From assembly GCA_045568075.1 (NCBI GenBank), contig JBJLBP010000001.1, positions 780,001 through 812,000 of the forward strand: a stretch of DNA of 32,000 nucleotides, in the 5' to 3' direction. Position 1 is the stretch's first letter; every line of letters starts with the position of its first letter. Positions 8,307 through 17,600 of this stretch are shown piece after piece. The stretch is from Candidatus Thalassarchaeaceae archaeon (GTDB taxonomy: Archaea; Thermoplasmatota; Poseidoniia; Poseidoniales; Thalassarchaeaceae). The position numbers and the translations under genes were made by a program. The notes beneath the pieces are model-generated. The model searched no databases. It worked only from the letters and a program-made list of their open reading frames with translations, and was not told the origin of the DNA.

Positions 8307-8325
8307 CGACCACCAAAGGTGGTCG
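8307..8325 (+). promoter_or_regulatory. Perfect 8-bp stem / 3-nt loop hairpin between glyA and the M60-like gene
   Basis: CGACCACC-AAA-GGTGGTCG, every pair checked by hand. It starts 20 nt after the glyA stop and ends 3 nt before ATG 8329. Confidence 0.45.
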
Positions 8326-8328
8326 TAC

Positions 8329-11300
8329 ATGCCGACGCGGGCGCAGGTCGCAATTCTTCTCACCGCGTTGATGTGCAGCTCGGGTTGTATGGGACTCTTC
8401 GAACCTTCAGAAGAACTCCCTGACATTCTCGATTGCGCCGAGCAGCCGAATCATCCAGATTGTATAGTCGATCCAGTGACTGAGGAAGATTGTCGGCAAG
8501 ACGAGGTTTTCACTGGAGATGAATGTAGGTGGATGGAGAGGCCAGAACAATTGTCCTATGGTATCTCGAGTATATCGCTTAACGTCGGCGAGGAAATGCA
8601 GGCTCTAACTCCATCATTTGTCGGGGATGGCCCCGATACTTGGGTGATTAATCCTCCATTCCCTCAAGGAATATCCTTTGATCGAGAGAGTGGTGTCATC
8701 TCCGGTTCTCCTAGCGAAGCCACAATAGAGATCCGACACACCATCGTGGCTTCGAACGCTGTCGGTTCGACTAGCACTTGGATAGACCTAGAAGTGACAA
8801 TTGAGGGTCCGAAGTCAATTACCTATGCCGAGTCAATTCTGGATTGTGAATTGGGCCATCAATGCCAACTCGCCGCTCCATCAATATCCGGAGGAGAGCC
8901 TGATTATTGGTCGGTTGACCCTCGTCTTCCCGATGGTATTTCTTTGCTAGCAGATGGTTCAATCGATGGTTCACCGACTCAATTGGGCGACTCTAACCAC
9001 ACGATTACCATATCCAATGAGGGTGGTTCGGTCGAAACCGCAATTCGAATCATCGTGCTACACGAAGCGCCGATGGGTTTGGGGTATGGGGGTAACCGAT
9101 TTATTCTGAGCATCGGCGATGACGTTCAGGTTGTTCCGATCACAACTGGTGGACGAATCGTCTCGTGGTCGGTAGAACCTCCATTGCCTGACGGCCTCCA
9201 ACTTTTGCAAGCCGACGGCTCAATCCGTGGCTCTCCAACGACCGTCCAATCCCTGACTCCTCATCGTGTCACAGCGACAAATACGGGCGGGTCGATTTCA
9301 GTCGACGTTCTCATCAGCGTAGTCGATATTCCAGTCTCAAACCTAATCTACACTCCGGACGAATACGATTTGACTATCGGCGACGAGATTACAGTCACGC
9401 CGACGCACTCTGGAGGTATTCCAGATTCTTGGCAGGTTGAGCCGGAGTTGCCGCCCGGATTCACATTCGATTCTACGAATGGCACTATCAGCGGCACCGC
9501 TACAGACCTTCAGGTAGATTGGTCAAGCTTCACAATCTGGGCCAATAATACGGGAGGCTCGGCCTCGACATCATTCAGAATCCGCATCACGAGTCTCGCC
9601 CCCGACCTAATTTCTTGGGCGCAGACCGAATACGCCCTCGCTTCAAACGAGAGCGCTTTCATCGCTGTGACGAATAATGGTCCAGCAATCGATTCGTGGG
9701 AGATTGAACCTGCACTTCCTGACGGACTTGTGATAATTGCGAACGGTAGCATAGAAGGAACTCCCACCCACAATATAGATTGGACCGAGTTCACAATCTG
9801 GGCCAACAATACTGGCGGCTCAGTCGGACTCAACATCTGGATTGTAGTCCACGATTTACGCGCAGATCAGAGTGAGTTGCTAAGTGGCCTGGACGACGCG
9901 GATTGGGGTGGATGGTCATCACTAATTCTTCCCATAGGAAAATGGTCGTTCCCTCTAGGTCGGGACACGACAGACTCTACCGTCGTAGCTGCTAGCCACG
10001 TCGGCCGAGGAAAGATGATTGGTCTCGGACATGAGAGTTGGGTCACACAGAATCACGAATTCAATTTCAGAGCAGTAGAGTGGGTCTGCGGAGAGGCAGC
10101 AAATGTTGGTCTAGCCTATGGCGCTGGATTTGATCACTGGGAGGACGAACTTCAGGCGGAGGGGCATTCTGTTCATCTTTCAGTAACTCCCGATGACCTC
10201 TCTCAGGTGGATTGCCTGCTAGATGAGTTCTGGAACGGACACGATGACGATGACAACTTGGCCATAGAGCAGTTCCTACTTGGCGGAGGTGGAGTGATAA
10301 TGGGTGGTCACGCATGGTACTGGTCATACTCAAACAGTGACGTTCCACATAATTACCCAGGAAACAAGATTTCCAAGATAACCGGTTTGATGGTATCTTC
10401 AGATTGGGGATACAACGACATCGACTTTGAGATTCCGGACTTGATGTATACTCCACATAATGCGATTAGGGGAATTTTTGCAGACAGAGTCGACGGAATT
10501 GAGTTGACGGAAGAGGAGGCTGCAATTGCTTACTCCTCAATTTCCGATTGCACTGTAATCGTTCCTCTGGACTTCTTGGAATTCTGGACTCCTCTCAGGA
10601 AGTTGGTCAACTCCACTGGATGGACTGTTATCCCATACAGCACCTTGTGGAGTTCGACTGGTCATGAACTAGGTGCTGACCCAGTGGCCGATGTGATTCT
10701 GAGGCTGGAGGAAGCTCTCACTCAGAACCTTCCAGCCGACGAGTTACCCGTCCATCCAAGTCATACTGAGTTTCCAGGAGAGGTTCCTTCCAATGCAACT
10801 AGGATATCTCGAACAGTATCAATTAACGGCACCCAACCTGGACTTCCTTCGAATTTTGGTTATTCGGGTGCACGTAGTAGCCTTCGAATGTCCACCGGTC
10901 TCTATGCCCCTCCTGGCGAGGTCATCACAGTGTCAGTGAGCCAAGATGTGTCTGAGTTGGGATTCTGGATATTGATTGGTGCGCATACAGATGGGCTTTG
11001 GGGCAAAGACGTCATCAAGAGGCATTCGAAGATTTACAGGTATTGGTGGATTGAGAACACCACCACTGAGATAGGAAACGCATTTGGTGGACCGATATAT
11101 GCTGCTATACCTGCTGGTTCAGAATTCGGCGAATTCGACATGACGATTTCCGGGGCGGTAAGGGCGCCTATGTTTGTGCTCGGCGAAACATCCGACTTTG
11201 AGTGGATATACTCCGAGAGAGATAATCCAGCTCCGTGGACCGAGTTGGTCTCTAATAATTTCATTATGACTGTGCCAACTTCCGAAATTCGAAACCTGAA

Positions 11301-12300
11301 TAATCCGACTGAATTGATGGATTGGTGGGATCAAGCACTCGAGATGGAGCACGAGCTCTACGGCTACCTGCCGTGGCCTCGAGTCGAGAGGGCGGTCTTC
11401 GATGCCCAGATTTCTGCTGGGTGGATGCATTCTGGATATCCTTTCATGGCGCATGACCTGAGCGTTGCTGGTGTGGTAAATTCATCCTACATGTCAGAGA
11501 ACGGCGATTGGGGTATGTTCCACGAATTGGGTCATAATCACCAGTGGATGCCTTCTACTCTTCCAGGAACCACTGAGACTGGATGCAACTTCGCGAGCGT
11601 CTATTTGATGGAGGAGTTGGTTGGGGTAGAGGGTCACGGGGCGGTGGACCCAGCACAGCGAGAGTCGCGTATGCGCGATTACTTCGACGACGGCTCAAAC
11701 ATCGCCAACTGGTCTGTGTGGATAGCCCTCGACACATATCTGATCATCAAGGAGGAATGGGATTGGGACCCGATTACAGAGGCCCTCAGTGTCTACTACA
11801 CCTTGCCCTCCGCCGAAGTTCCTGTAGGCGATACGGAGGAGTTCAACGCATGGGTAATGCACCTCTCTAACGCTACTGGATACAACTTAGCGCCGTATCA
11901 CGCTGCTTGGGGATTCCCACTTACTCAGGACACCTTTGACTCTCTTTCTCATCTTCCAATTTGGGTCGATGACCCACTGCGAGGAGAATATTTCGTTTAC
12001 GATGCCATGCTGCGAAATATCGGTGCCAATAGCACTACTTCGAGCACCGCCGACTTTGCTTGGGAGACCTACGATAACGGCACCAACACCACCCTTACGC
12101 TCTACTGGGGAACCACCGATATGGGCAACCAATCTTGGGTCTGGGGAAATAACGCAAATCTCGGAGATTCCGAAGTCGGTTGGGGTGAGTATGAGGTCAC
12201 CGGTTTATCGAGCGGAACTACCTATTACGCACGGGTGAAGGCTTCGAATGAGGAGCGAGACACCTGGTTCGGGCCAGTGAGTTGGACTACGTCGACTTGA
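8329..12300 (+). CDS. Secreted lipoprotein: five He_PIG-like Ig repeats, an alpha/beta region, an M60-like (enhancin/TCAF-type) zinc metallopeptidase and an FN3-like C-terminal domain
   Basis: Signal plus lipobox-like LLTALMCSSGC. Five roughly 87-aa repeats carry LPDG(I/L)x..(A/T)DGSIxGxPT. An M60-like N-domain pattern is present (STGLYAPPGEVITVSV...ILIGAHTD). The zincin motif is MFHELGHNHQW with a downstream E. The tail TLYWGT...GTTYYARVKASN is FN3-like. Confidence 0.85.
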   Translation: MPTRAQVAILLTALMCSSGCMGLFEPSEELPDILDCAEQPNHPDCIVDPVTEEDCRQDEVFTGDECRWMERPEQLSYGISSISLNVGEEMQALTPSFVGDGPDTWVINPPFPQGISFDRESGVISGSPSEATIEIRHTIVASNAVGSTSTWIDLEVTIEGPKSITYAESILDCELGHQCQLAAPSISGGEPDYWSVDPRLPDGISLLADGSIDGSPTQLGDSNHTITISNEGGSVETAIRIIVLHEAPMGLGYGGNRFILSIGDDVQVVPITTGGRIVSWSVEPPLPDGLQLLQADGSIRGSPTTVQSLTPHRVTATNTGGSISVDVLISVVDIPVSNLIYTPDEYDLTIGDEITVTPTHSGGIPDSWQVEPELPPGFTFDSTNGTISGTATDLQVDWSSFTIWANNTGGSASTSFRIRITSLAPDLISWAQTEYALASNESAFIAVTNNGPAIDSWEIEPALPDGLVIIANGSIEGTPTHNIDWTEFTIWANNTGGSVGLNIWIVVHDLRADQSELLSGLDDADWGGWSSLILPIGKWSFPLGRDTTDSTVVAASHVGRGKMIGLGHESWVTQNHEFNFRAVEWVCGEAANVGLAYGAGFDHWEDELQAEGHSVHLSVTPDDLSQVDCLLDEFWNGHDDDDNLAIEQFLLGGGGVIMGGHAWYWSYSNSDVPHNYPGNKISKITGLMVSSDWGYNDIDFEIPDLMYTPHNAIRGIFADRVDGIELTEEEAAIAYSSISDCTVIVPLDFLEFWTPLRKLVNSTGWTVIPYSTLWSSTGHELGADPVADVILRLEEALTQNLPADELPVHPSHTEFPGEVPSNATRISRTVSINGTQPGLPSNFGYSGARSSLRMSTGLYAPPGEVITVSVSQDVSELGFWILIGAHTDGLWGKDVIKRHSKIYRYWWIENTTTEIGNAFGGPIYAAIPAGSEFGEFDMTISGAVRAPMFVLGETSDFEWIYSERDNPAPWTELVSNNFIMTVPTSEIRNLNNPTELMDWWDQALEMEHELYGYLPWPRVERAVFDAQISAGWMHSGYPFMAHDLSVAGVVNSSYMSENGDWGMFHELGHNHQWMPSTLPGTTETGCNFASVYLMEELVGVEGHGAVDPAQRESRMRDYFDDGSNIANWSVWIALDTYLIIKEEWDWDPITEALSVYYTLPSAEVPVGDTEEFNAWVMHLSNATGYNLAPYHAAWGFPLTQDTFDSLSHLPIWVDDPLRGEYFVYDAMLRNIGANSTTSSTADFAWETYDNGTNTTLTLYWGTTDMGNQSWVWGNNANLGDSEVGWGEYEVTGLSSGTTYYARVKASNEERDTWFGPVSWTTST
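8551..9855 (+). repeat. Five tandem coding repeats of about 261 bp (putative-Ig / He_PIG-like domains)
   Basis: Repeat units begin at LSYG, ITYA, LGYG, LIYT and ISWA. Units 4 and 5 share the exact 17-mer TTCACAATCTGGGCCAA at 9529 and 9790, an offset of 261 nt. Confidence 0.8.
11521..11535 (+). other. HEXXH catalytic zinc-binding motif of the M60-like domain
   Basis: cac gaa ttg ggt cat encodes HELGH (residues 1065-1069). A Glu lies 14 residues after the second His (PGTTE), which fits HEXXH(8-28)E. Confidence 0.8.
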
Positions 12301-12325
12301 CACTGGTCTCTTCTCTAACGATGGT

Positions 12326-13381
12326 TCAATTGCTTAGACGGCGAAGCAGGGCTTCGAGGCTGAAGTTTGGACAGTGTTTCTGATGCAGGTTTGCTAATGG
12401 TATCCAAGCCAGTGTATGGGCGAAAGTGATTGTGAAAGCTGGGATGACGGCTAGTCTTGGTTGCCCCATCATGTAGGATGCGGCGAGGCCGAGGACTGCG
12501 AAGTGAAGGACGTAAATTGTCAATGTCAGACGTCCTGATGCCTCGATGAATGAGAGATTGATGAATCCGCGTTGGGCATTTAGCAGCAGCACTTCGTGTG
12601 CAATAAAAACGAACATTGTTGTGATGAAGACGAAGAATACTGATGCGGGGAAGAAGGTCAGAACCGCGTCTCCCTCAGTCAGTGCCCAAGCTGTTCCATT
12701 TCTGACCGAGAGAATGATACTGGCAAGGAGGACGAATCCTCCCATCTGAATAATTCCCAACCTGAGTCTTTGATTTTCTTCGCTTTCAGCGAGTATTGCC
12801 CCCAGTGTCGATAATGCAAACCATGGCAAGACGGGGTAAGTGCCGTTGACTAACAAACGCTGGAACCACTCACTTGCTCCGGCCGCATCGACGCGCTCAA
12901 ACCAACTCAGATCAGATCCGTTCAAATCGCCAACGAGCAATGGCGTAATGGCGAAAATTGCGAATAATCCAATCAAGTTCTCAACACGTAAGCGCGCGAT
13001 GAGTGGTGCAACAATCGCCGCCAATGCTAGTAGTGTCAAGACCCCAGGAGTGTGCCACTCGAAGCGTCCGCCACGCTCAGCGGCGAGTAAGATATTGACG
13101 AGGATTTGACAGGCAGTGAGTACCAGAACGCGCGGTAGAACCCAATCGACCCACGCGCGTGAAGCCAATCCATCGGCAAAGCGCTTCTTTGCCCCTCGAT
13201 GCATTCCCCAGCCTGAGACAGTAACAAAGAGGGGTGCGGCCATTCCTCCGAAAGCTGCGGCGACAAAGGCAGCGGGATGACCAACACCGATGCCTTCAGG
13301 TGGCAAGATTGCCGCCGTATGGACTTCAACCATGAATAGGATTGCAATCGCCTTCATCTGGTCGATATGACCTAGCCGCAC
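12326..13381 (-). CDS. Polytopic membrane protein, DUF1624 (HGSNAT-like) / acyltransferase-3 superfamily
   Basis: N-terminus R-L-G-H-I-D-Q-M-K-A-I-A-I-L-F-M-V-E-V-H matches the R..(I/L)D..(R/K)(G/A).A....M...H signature. About 10 hydrophobic helices follow. The ORF opens at GTG 13435, which would overlap deoA by 50 nt. GTG 13381 lies 4 nt after the deoA stop, and ATG 13357 is also possible. Confidence 0.65.
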   Translation of the reverse strand: MRLGHIDQMKAIAILFMVEVHTAAILPPEGIGVGHPAAFVAAAFGGMAAPLFVTVSGWGMHRGAKKRFADGLASRAWVDWVLPRVLVLTACQILVNILLAAERGGRFEWHTPGVLTLLALAAIVAPLIARLRVENLIGLFAIFAITPLLVGDLNGSDLSWFERVDAAGASEWFQRLLVNGTYPVLPWFALSTLGAILAESEENQRLRLGIIQMGGFVLLASIILSVRNGTAWALTEGDAVLTFFPASVFFVFITTMFVFIAHEVLLLNAQRGFINLSFIEASGRLTLTIYVLHFAVLGLAASYMMGQPRLAVIPAFTITFAHTLAWIPLANLHQKHCPNFSLEALLRRLSN

Positions 13382-13385
13382 AACA

Positions 13386-14663
13386 TCACCTGATAATGTC
13401 CGTGATTCGTGATTGCAATTCAATCTCCCCCTCACTCAAAATGAATGCTGATGCCAATGATTCGGATAGGCCAGCAGGCAATTCGCCCCTATGGTAAATG
13501 ACGAGCAGTGGGTCACCTTCTTCGACAGATTCGCCTACTTGAACCTCGAGGATTAGGCCGACGCAGTGGTCGATTTCGTCGCCAAGAGCGCGTCGGCCGG
13601 AACCGAGTTCGAGGCATGCCCGAGCCACAGTCATCGCCTCGATATCAGCGACCATTCCAGTGGCTTCTGCGAAGACCTCGGTCGAGAGTAGTGTTTCATC
13701 GAGCAGACCGAGTCCGCTCAGGAGTGCGTAATCGGACTCGAGGATCGAAGTGTCTCCACCTTGAGCCTCGACCATCGCACGGAAGCACGCAAGCGCGCTG
13801 CCATCATTCAGAGAATCGTGGATTTTCAGCGCGCCCTCCTCCATATCTGCGGCCAAGCCAGCAGCGGCTAGTAGCAACCCTCCTTGGACGCAAACCAGTT
13901 CCTCCAAATCGTGCGGACCACGACCGCAAAGAGTCTCGACACTCTCGACAATTTCCAGAGCGTTTCCTACAGCGCAGCCCAGGGGCTGGTCCATCGTAGT
14001 CAATACAACTGAGGTAGCAACGCCCATTCCGTTGGCAGCCCCGGCCATCGAGTGTGCAAGTTCCTCTGCCTGTTCGCGCTCGACCATGAAAGCCGCCCGA
14101 CCATATTTGACATCTAGAACCAGAGCGGACAATCCTTCAGCAGTCTTTTTGGAAACGATTGAAGAAGTGATTAGCGGAATCGAAGCCACAGTCTCTGTCA
14201 AGTCTCGCAAAGCGTACATTCGACGGTCGGCCGGGACAAGTGAATCGGTCTGTCCGACCATCACACAACCGATCTTTGCTACTTGCGCACGAACCTCATC
14301 AGTTTCTAGGTCGACTCGAAATCCAGGGATACTCTCCAATTTATCGAGCGTCCCACCAGTATGCCCCAGCCCGCGTCCAGAAATCATAGGCACCTTCGCC
14401 CCGCAAGCAGCAAGAGCGGGGGCCAGAGGAATCGAGACCTTGTCACCGACACCACCCGTCGAATGTTTGTCGACTACGAGGTGCGCCCATTCAGCCGGCC
14501 ATTCGAGTACCTCGCCCGAGTCGCGCATGGCTTCAGTAAGCCGAATAGTCGACTCGCTATCGAGTCCATTCTCGAACACATTTCGTAACCATTCAATGAG
14601 TTCGTCATCGGCTAGAGTTCCGTCCACGACCGCTTTGACCAAACGCCCAATCGGGTCGCTCAT
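13386..14663 (-). CDS. deoA: Thymidine / pyrimidine-nucleoside phosphorylase
   Basis: VVDKHSTGGVGDKVS and ISGRGLGHTGGTLDKLESIPGF are nearly identical to bacterial and human TP motifs. At 425 aa it lacks the N-terminal extension of archaeal AMP phosphorylase. Confidence 0.88.
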   Translation of the reverse strand: MSDPIGRLVKAVVDGTLADDELIEWLRNVFENGLDSESTIRLTEAMRDSGEVLEWPAEWAHLVVDKHSTGGVGDKVSIPLAPALAACGAKVPMISGRGLGHTGGTLDKLESIPGFRVDLETDEVRAQVAKIGCVMVGQTDSLVPADRRMYALRDLTETVASIPLITSSIVSKKTAEGLSALVLDVKYGRAAFMVEREQAEELAHSMAGAANGMGVATSVVLTTMDQPLGCAVGNALEIVESVETLCGRGPHDLEELVCVQGGLLLAAAGLAADMEEGALKIHDSLNDGSALACFRAMVEAQGGDTSILESDYALLSGLGLLDETLLSTEVFAEATGMVADIEAMTVARACLELGSGRRALGDEIDHCVGLILEVQVGESVEEGDPLLVIYHRGELPAGLSESLASAFILSEGEIELQSRITDIIR

Positions 14664-17600
14664 GCCTCGTCCTCGCCGTGTTCATCGCGGAGTTCTTCGA
14701 TGCTCATTCCTTTGTCAAGCATCCATTGGACTTGGTCGCGGTCAAGTTCCTCAAACCCGAAACCATCCAACACAATGGCACCATGAACGCCATCGTCGCG
14801 ACCTTCGGTCCACTCGCGAGTATCGACCGAATCTTCATCGAAGCGTGTACCCTTGAGTATCGCCCGCTCGGCATCGGCATCATCGAATCGGTAACCAGAA
14901 TCATCGATTAGCCGTTCTTCGGTCCTTATCCGTGGCCGTTTGACTAAAGTCAGTCCAGCGCCCGCAAGAGCAATCGCAGCGATAAGTGTCAGTCCCAGAA
15001 GAAACTTAGCTCCTGGAGCAGATAGGGGATTCTCACGGACATTGATGATGCCACCTGTATCGTCGTCATCACCATTGTTCGAATCGCCATCGCCAGTATC
15101 AGAACCACCATCACCATCTCCGGGATCGGTGGTTCCCGTGCCATCATCGCAGCCGAATTGGACACCATCTGCTACGCCGTTATCGTCGACATCATTCGAA
15201 TTCATCGAAGCTGATGGCGCACGCATCACTGATTGAGCGAAGGCTGGCTCATCACCATCGAGAATACAATCATCATCGGTATCACTATCATTGGGGTTTC
15301 CTCCTAGTAAGTACTCATCTAAATTATTCAAACCATCTTCATCCAAATCAAGTGATTGTTCACTCAATGCGGTTCCAAGTATTGCCGCCGAGTGGCGATT
15401 TAATCCATGTTCTATTTCCCAAAAATCGGGTAATAAGTCCCCATCTGAATCTGTTAAACTGTCCAATCGATTCCAATCTTCTTCGAATGATTGTAGGTAT
15501 TCAGAAGTCAATTCCTGATTGTGAATTAAAACTCCCATTTCTCTATTCCTCAAGGCTGCGTTTGAGCCCCAATTCATACTCCCAACGAGAACACTCTCTC
15601 CATCGATTATTGCCCCTTTATTGTGTAGTTTCACAATCGTATCAGATGAGGCCATAATTCTAGCAGTTGTGTCTAGCCCTTGAGTAGCATTCCAATCGGT
15701 GTTGAACATTTGTACAGCATCTCTGATTTCATCATCTTGGTCAACATAAAACCCGTTCAACAATAGACGGACCTTAACTCCTCGAAGCGCTGCTGAATGT
15801 ATTGCTTCAATAATTGGATTTTCGCCGAATCCCCAATACCAATCTAGATCTAGATATTGAACAGAAAGTTCGATCGATGTATCCGCAGAATCAATCATTT
15901 CGATTATCCCATCAACGCAATCATCCGGACAGGTAATCAATCGTAAATCGAATGGCCCTGAATGGTAAACTGGCGGTGTAATTTCCCCATCAAAGCTAGG
16001 CTCTTCCATCACCCAATCAAAAGTTGGAGCATGGTTGTTTGAATGAGCTGAAATGTGTAGATGCATCTGATTCTCATCCCATGCCATTCGCGATAATACC
16101 AATTCTGCGAATGATTGAGAGTTGACGATTACGGACCATTCCCTATTTCCGATTCCATCAGGTGGTAAGCTAGAATCCTTCCAATTGCCAGAGGAAATCC
16201 ATACACTTTCTGAATCTCTAACCGATACCTTGCTGTGAATATACGTGTAAGGTGAACTGATGACGCTTGGATCATCCATCCAGAGAACAGTTGCTCCAGC
16301 ATCGTGAAGAGTTTGTGCGTGTCCACGTTGGTTGTTTTTCGTACTGCTACCATCTAGGATTCCTTCTTCAAGAAGAATGCTTACTGAAACGCCCCTAGAA
16401 ATCGCTTCCAATAGGGCATTGGTCAGGTCTGGGCTCATGGACTGATAGACATGTAAATGGATTGATGAATCCGCTTGATTTATCCAGTGTAATAGATCAT
16501 TGAATCCAGTTTCTGGACTGATAGAAGCGGTTGCTGAGGAGTCCATCTCGGTGGACAAAAATCCACCATCACAAAAAGTCGAGGCACCGATTCTAATCCA
16601 TCTATATTCCCAATCTGATCCAGCATCTGTGTCTGGGTAGTCTCCACAACCGGTCCCTCGCATCAAAATTAGACCGGGAGTGCCATCTCCTGGAACTGAA
16701 ATTGCGGCTCCATTCCAACCATCGATTTCTGCAATCCCGCCTCCGAAGGCTATTGCATCTACAACAGTTCCATCGGGTGCTTTCAATTGCAATGAGCTTC
16801 CTGAATCAACCAGCCATGGCATATTGTTCATGACGACATTTCCATCCAAAGCGGCAATCCCTCCGTCGGAGAGAAGATTTGCTGGGTTCTCAGTTAGGAC
16901 AACCGATTCTCCTGCAGGTATTACCAACTCATTGAAATTCGAAATCCATGGGGTCGTTGAACGGATTCTTTCAACTGTCCAGCCGTTCAGGCTAACTTCT
17001 TCATCTCCAGTATTTGTAATCTCAAACCAATCGTTATCTCTATTTGGGACCTCACTGGGCATAATTCTAGTGAATTTCACATCAAATTCGTTGTCCCAGT
17101 CAGAAGGGGGTGATGGGGGCTGCCAGTGCCACAACATGTTGTTGCTATGCTTACCACTATCTTCTGCAATCAGCAGGCTACCATCATTGAGCACTGCGAG
17201 ATTATCTGGCCCTGCGATATTGTTGACATCACATTGACCGGATGAATAGGTTCCTCCAGAAACCACGGGATCGATTCTATTTACATCCCAATTGTCTACT
17301 ATTTCTAGGCTGTAAATCAATCCGCACCTATTCTCTGATAGTCTAATGTCACCTGAAGAATCGGTCATATCATACCTGATATCTGACATTGCTAGGTATA
17401 GGTAGTCAGGTGCGTTTTCGTTGAATACTACACCTTCCATCTTGTTCCATTCAACAGTTGCACCCAAAGCTGCTGCTGCCTTCCGTGATTCCAAGAATGC
17501 TACACGATTGTCAGCAGCGAATCCAATGTTTCCATCTCCGTCAAGATCGTCGTTGAGCGTATGTTCAGCCCAATCGTTGATTTCTTCATCTGAAATATAC

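Noticed and set aside
13386-14663. Archaeal AMP phosphorylase (pentose-bisphosphate pathway) as the identity of the deoA-like gene
   Set aside because: At 425 aa it lacks the ~80-aa N-terminal extension typical of AMP phosphorylases. Its motifs match bacterial and eukaryotic thymidine phosphorylase almost residue for residue. A residual possibility remains without a phylogeny.
13508-14856. Plus-strand ORFs of 163 and 274 aa antisense to deoA
   Set aside because: They are Arg/Ser/Pro-rich translations typical of the reverse frame of a GC-rich gene. deoA on the minus strand has unambiguous family motifs.
16680-17237. 185-aa plus-strand ORF inside the giant gene
   Set aside because: It is antisense to a region with clear lamin-tail-domain sequence on the minus strand, and it has no motifs or start context.
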